38,593 nucleotides of DNA from a virus. Lineage: Duplodnaviria > Caudoviricetes. Below, piece by piece: positions 36,614-38,593 of this stretch. Under the pieces are notes generated by a model that saw only the letters and a program-made list of their open reading frames with translations, did not search any database and was not told the origin of the DNA. Every line of letters begins with the position of its first letter. Positions within the stretch are counted from its first letter, which is position 1. The stretch covers positions 1-38,593 of IMG/VR virus record IMGVR_UViG_3300032212_000070, one strand, 5' to 3'. The translations under genes were made by a program, and so were the position numbers.

Positions 36614-36925
36614 CTATTTCACCTCCCCCAGCAGCTTGGCGGCTTCGTTGGCGTCGTCTTTTTCAATGATTAGATTCCCGTGGTCGTCCCAAGTCTCGCC
36701 CAAGTCGCGGACATGCTCAAGAATCGGCCTCGCCCGCTCGATCCAGTCGATGAGCGCGGGGAGCTGGTTGCGGGATTCGGTTACAAGCTCACCATCGGCG
36801 CTCTTGTTTACATCCAGCAATTCGTTGTTGTCTGAATCGTCAATGCAAGACCATGCGACTGAATGTCGCCACGGCCCCTTAGTCGCCTTCGCCTCAAGCT
36901 GCTTGAGTTTCTCCAGGTTTAACAT
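36614..36925 (-). CDS. Ead/Ea22-like protein
   Basis: LEKLKQLEAKATKGPW...DGELV.ESRN.LPALID. Confidence 0.7.
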   Translation of the reverse strand: MLNLEKLKQLEAKATKGPWRHSVAWSCIDDSDNNELLDVNKSADGELVTESRNQLPALIDWIERARPILEHVRDLGETWDDHGNLIIEKDDANEAAKLLGEVK

Positions 36926-37086
36926 AGCTCGACATCCTCAATGCTTGACGTATACAGGAAGTCCACGCGCCGAATAATCAGCATGGGGCTATCGTTCAGG
37001 TAATAACCCGCAACTTCGCCGTGAAACGTCTGACCCTCAAATTGAAACTTAACTTTGCTGTGTATCATTGCGGCCAGGTCAATCAT
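36919..37086 (-). CDS. Small hypothetical protein (55 aa)
   Basis: MIDLAAMIHSKVKFQFEG...; AGGAG RBS; fills the operon gap. Confidence 0.55.
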   Translation of the reverse strand: MIDLAAMIHSKVKFQFEGQTFHGEVAGYYLNDSPMLIIRRVDFLYTSSIEDVELC

Positions 37087-37354
37087 GCTCCGGGCTCCTT
37101 ATTCTCCCTGAGAATGGGCGGGGGCTGCCGCTCTCGTCGCACTGATGGAATGACGCATAGTGATTGCCGTCCGCTTCTTCGCTACCTCCACCGCACCAAT
37201 AGAAACCAGGGGGGATTCTGCAAAGCTCAATAGGCCCGCCAATATGCGGAACCCTGACCAGGTGGTCGATGACCCAACCGCGAACCACTCGCGGGGTATC
37301 TGCCCACGTCCATGATCCGTCAGGTTTTCTGAAGTGCCAGCGGTTCTTTTTCAT
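37079..37354 (-). CDS. Hypothetical Trp-rich protein
   Basis: ORF track; flanked by 17-bp direct repeats. Confidence 0.6.
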   Translation of the reverse strand: MKKNRWHFRKPDGSWTWADTPRVVRGWVIDHLVRVPHIGGPIELCRIPPGFYWCGGGSEEADGNHYASFHQCDESGSPRPFSGRIRSPEHD

Positions 37355-37620
37355 GCTCCGGGCTCCTCCTCAGCGTCGGGCAGCAGGGCGCGGATTTTGT
37401 CCGCATAGATGCTGCTGTTTACCAGTCTCATGACTGCCCCAACGGTCTCGACTTCCTGAGCCGCCTCCCCAACCCCCTTGGCGTAGGCGGCGCGGGCGAT
37501 CTTCTCCGCTTGCTCAAGCGCGGCGGCGAGCTTTTTGACCAACACGGCTGGGGCTTCACGATTTCTCCCCCCCTTGCGCCCGAACCGCCGCGCCTCCGCT
37601 ATCAGCTTCTCGTTGCTCAT
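37351..37620 (-). CDS. Hypothetical protein
   Basis: MSNEKLIAE start at 37620 with GGAGG. Confidence 0.65.
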   Translation of the reverse strand: MSNEKLIAEARRFGRKGGRNREAPAVLVKKLAAALEQAEKIARAAYAKGVGEAAQEVETVGAVMRLVNSSIYADKIRALLPDAEEEPGA

Positions 37621-38012
37621 GCTTCCTCCTCGCCAAACAACGCTTCGACCATCTCCTCGACCCGATCCGAATTGAGCCCGTAGCCGCTCAAGAGCGCGTG
37701 AACCTTGGCTGGCGTCGGCCCCTTCTGGTTGACGGTGACGGTGTCGGTGACTTCTTTCATAGACAGCCAACCGTCAACGTCTTTTAGGAAGTTGACTTCG
37801 CAGGTGGCATGGTGTGGGTCCTCAACAAAAACCCGATACTCAGGCTCAGGCGGCGCGACCTTGCGATAGATGAGGTATGGTCCGTCGCTGTAATCGTACT
37901 CAGCTTGCATCATGACCCCGGCGACCGCGTAGTAGTCACCTTTGCGTCTTTGCCGAAACTCCCCCGTAGGCTCAAACCCCTCGAATTCGGGCGCGTCTAT
38001 GCTGATTTTCAT
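37617..38012 (-). CDS. Hypothetical protein
   Basis: GFEPTGEFR...KGDYY; ATGA overlaps. Confidence 0.7.
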   Translation of the reverse strand: MKISIDAPEFEGFEPTGEFRQRRKGDYYAVAGVMMQAEYDYSDGPYLIYRKVAPPEPEYRVFVEDPHHATCEVNFLKDVDGWLSMKEVTDTVTVNQKGPTPAKVHALLSGYGLNSDRVEEMVEALFGEEEA

Positions 38013-38281
38013 TTTTCATTTCTCCTAAGCCAGCAGCTAACGCCCCATTTATCACCGGCGATCTGCTGAATCTCCCATTCGGCGTTTTCTTCCAGGAAGG
38101 CTTCCAGCGTTTTGCGTTGCGTTGGGCCTTCGACCTTCACCAAGATCGCCCGCTGCTTTTTTGCATCATTCAGGCGCTTGGCCAGGTCTTTAGCTTGGGC
38201 CTTCGTGCTTATCGGTTCTCCACAACCAGCGGCAAGCGCCACGGCGAGAAGCGGCACGAATAGGATGGCGCTGATTTTCAT
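38009..38281 (-). CDS. Lipoprotein
   Basis: MKISAILFVPLLAVALAAG-C lipobox. Confidence 0.7.
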   Translation of the reverse strand: MKISAILFVPLLAVALAAGCGEPISTKAQAKDLAKRLNDAKKQRAILVKVEGPTQRKTLEAFLEENAEWEIQQIAGDKWGVSCWLRRNEK

Positions 38282-38593
38282 TTGCTCTGCTCCTTAATCC
38301 TGATCGCCAAAGCCCGCGTCTGATCCGCGATGCCGTCGCCATGTTCTTTGTCAATTTCATCGGCGTTATCTATCCAGTCATCCAGCGTGTGCGCTTCGCA
38401 TCCGATTACCAGAACTTCGAAATCCTTGTTTACACAAACACGGTATTCCGCGACGTTTTCAAGTTGATCGCCGGAGCCGTAGCCGTCGCCGTCGCCGTAG
38501 CCGGAGCCGTAGCCGTAGCCGTCGCCGTAGCCGTCGCCGTAGCCGTAGCCGTCGCCGTAGCCGTCGCCGGAGCCGTAGCCGGAGCCGTAGCCG
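38278..38593 (-). CDS. GYGDGYGSG-repeat protein, C-terminal part
   Basis: Repeat continues into DQLENVAEYRV...LVIGCEAHTLDDW...KEQSK*; the stop overlaps the next ATG. Confidence 0.8.
   Translation of the reverse strand, partial: GYGSGYGSGDGYGDGYGYGDGYGDGYGYGSGYGDGDGYGSGDQLENVAEYRVCVNKDFEVLVIGCEAHTLDDWIDNADEIDKEHGDGIADQTRALAIRIKEQSK

Larger units (their letters stand above)
1..38593. mobile_element. Near-complete temperate siphovirus genome, circular/excised form
   Basis: Integrase, repressor, replication, packaging, head, non-contractile tail and lysis-type modules are all present. No host genes seen. Nt 6-57 match the last 52 nt of the window. Confidence 0.93.

Overview
The window looks like an essentially complete, circularly permuted ~38.6 kb temperate siphovirus genome in its excised form. 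The assembly breaks inside a Gly-X hexamer repeat gene, and the two ends share a 52-nt match. Layout: a leftward early/accessory operon (36.1-38.6 kb wrapping to 0-4.1 kb) with a RecT-like annealase, a Cas4-like PD-(D/E)XK exonuclease and a structured non-coding stretch containing a tRNA-like element; morons; tyrosine integrase, probable attP and repressor; a rightward Cro-like gene, replication initiator with iterons, C5 methyltransferase and small genes; terminase, portal, scaffold, N4-gp56-like capsid, neck, tail tube, frameshifted chaperone, tape measure and tail tip; a membrane/lipoprotein lysis cluster with no recognisable endolysin; a LamG-SGNH-beta-helix tailspike; and a small self-contained promoter-plus-HTH operon. 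The most striking item is a C5 methyltransferase locus read in two overlapping frames (EcoHK31I-like alpha/beta arrangement). A ~190-codon zinc-finger plus HNH-type nuclease module sits inside it and leaves both frames open. All family assignments come from motif recognition by eye; no database searches were run.
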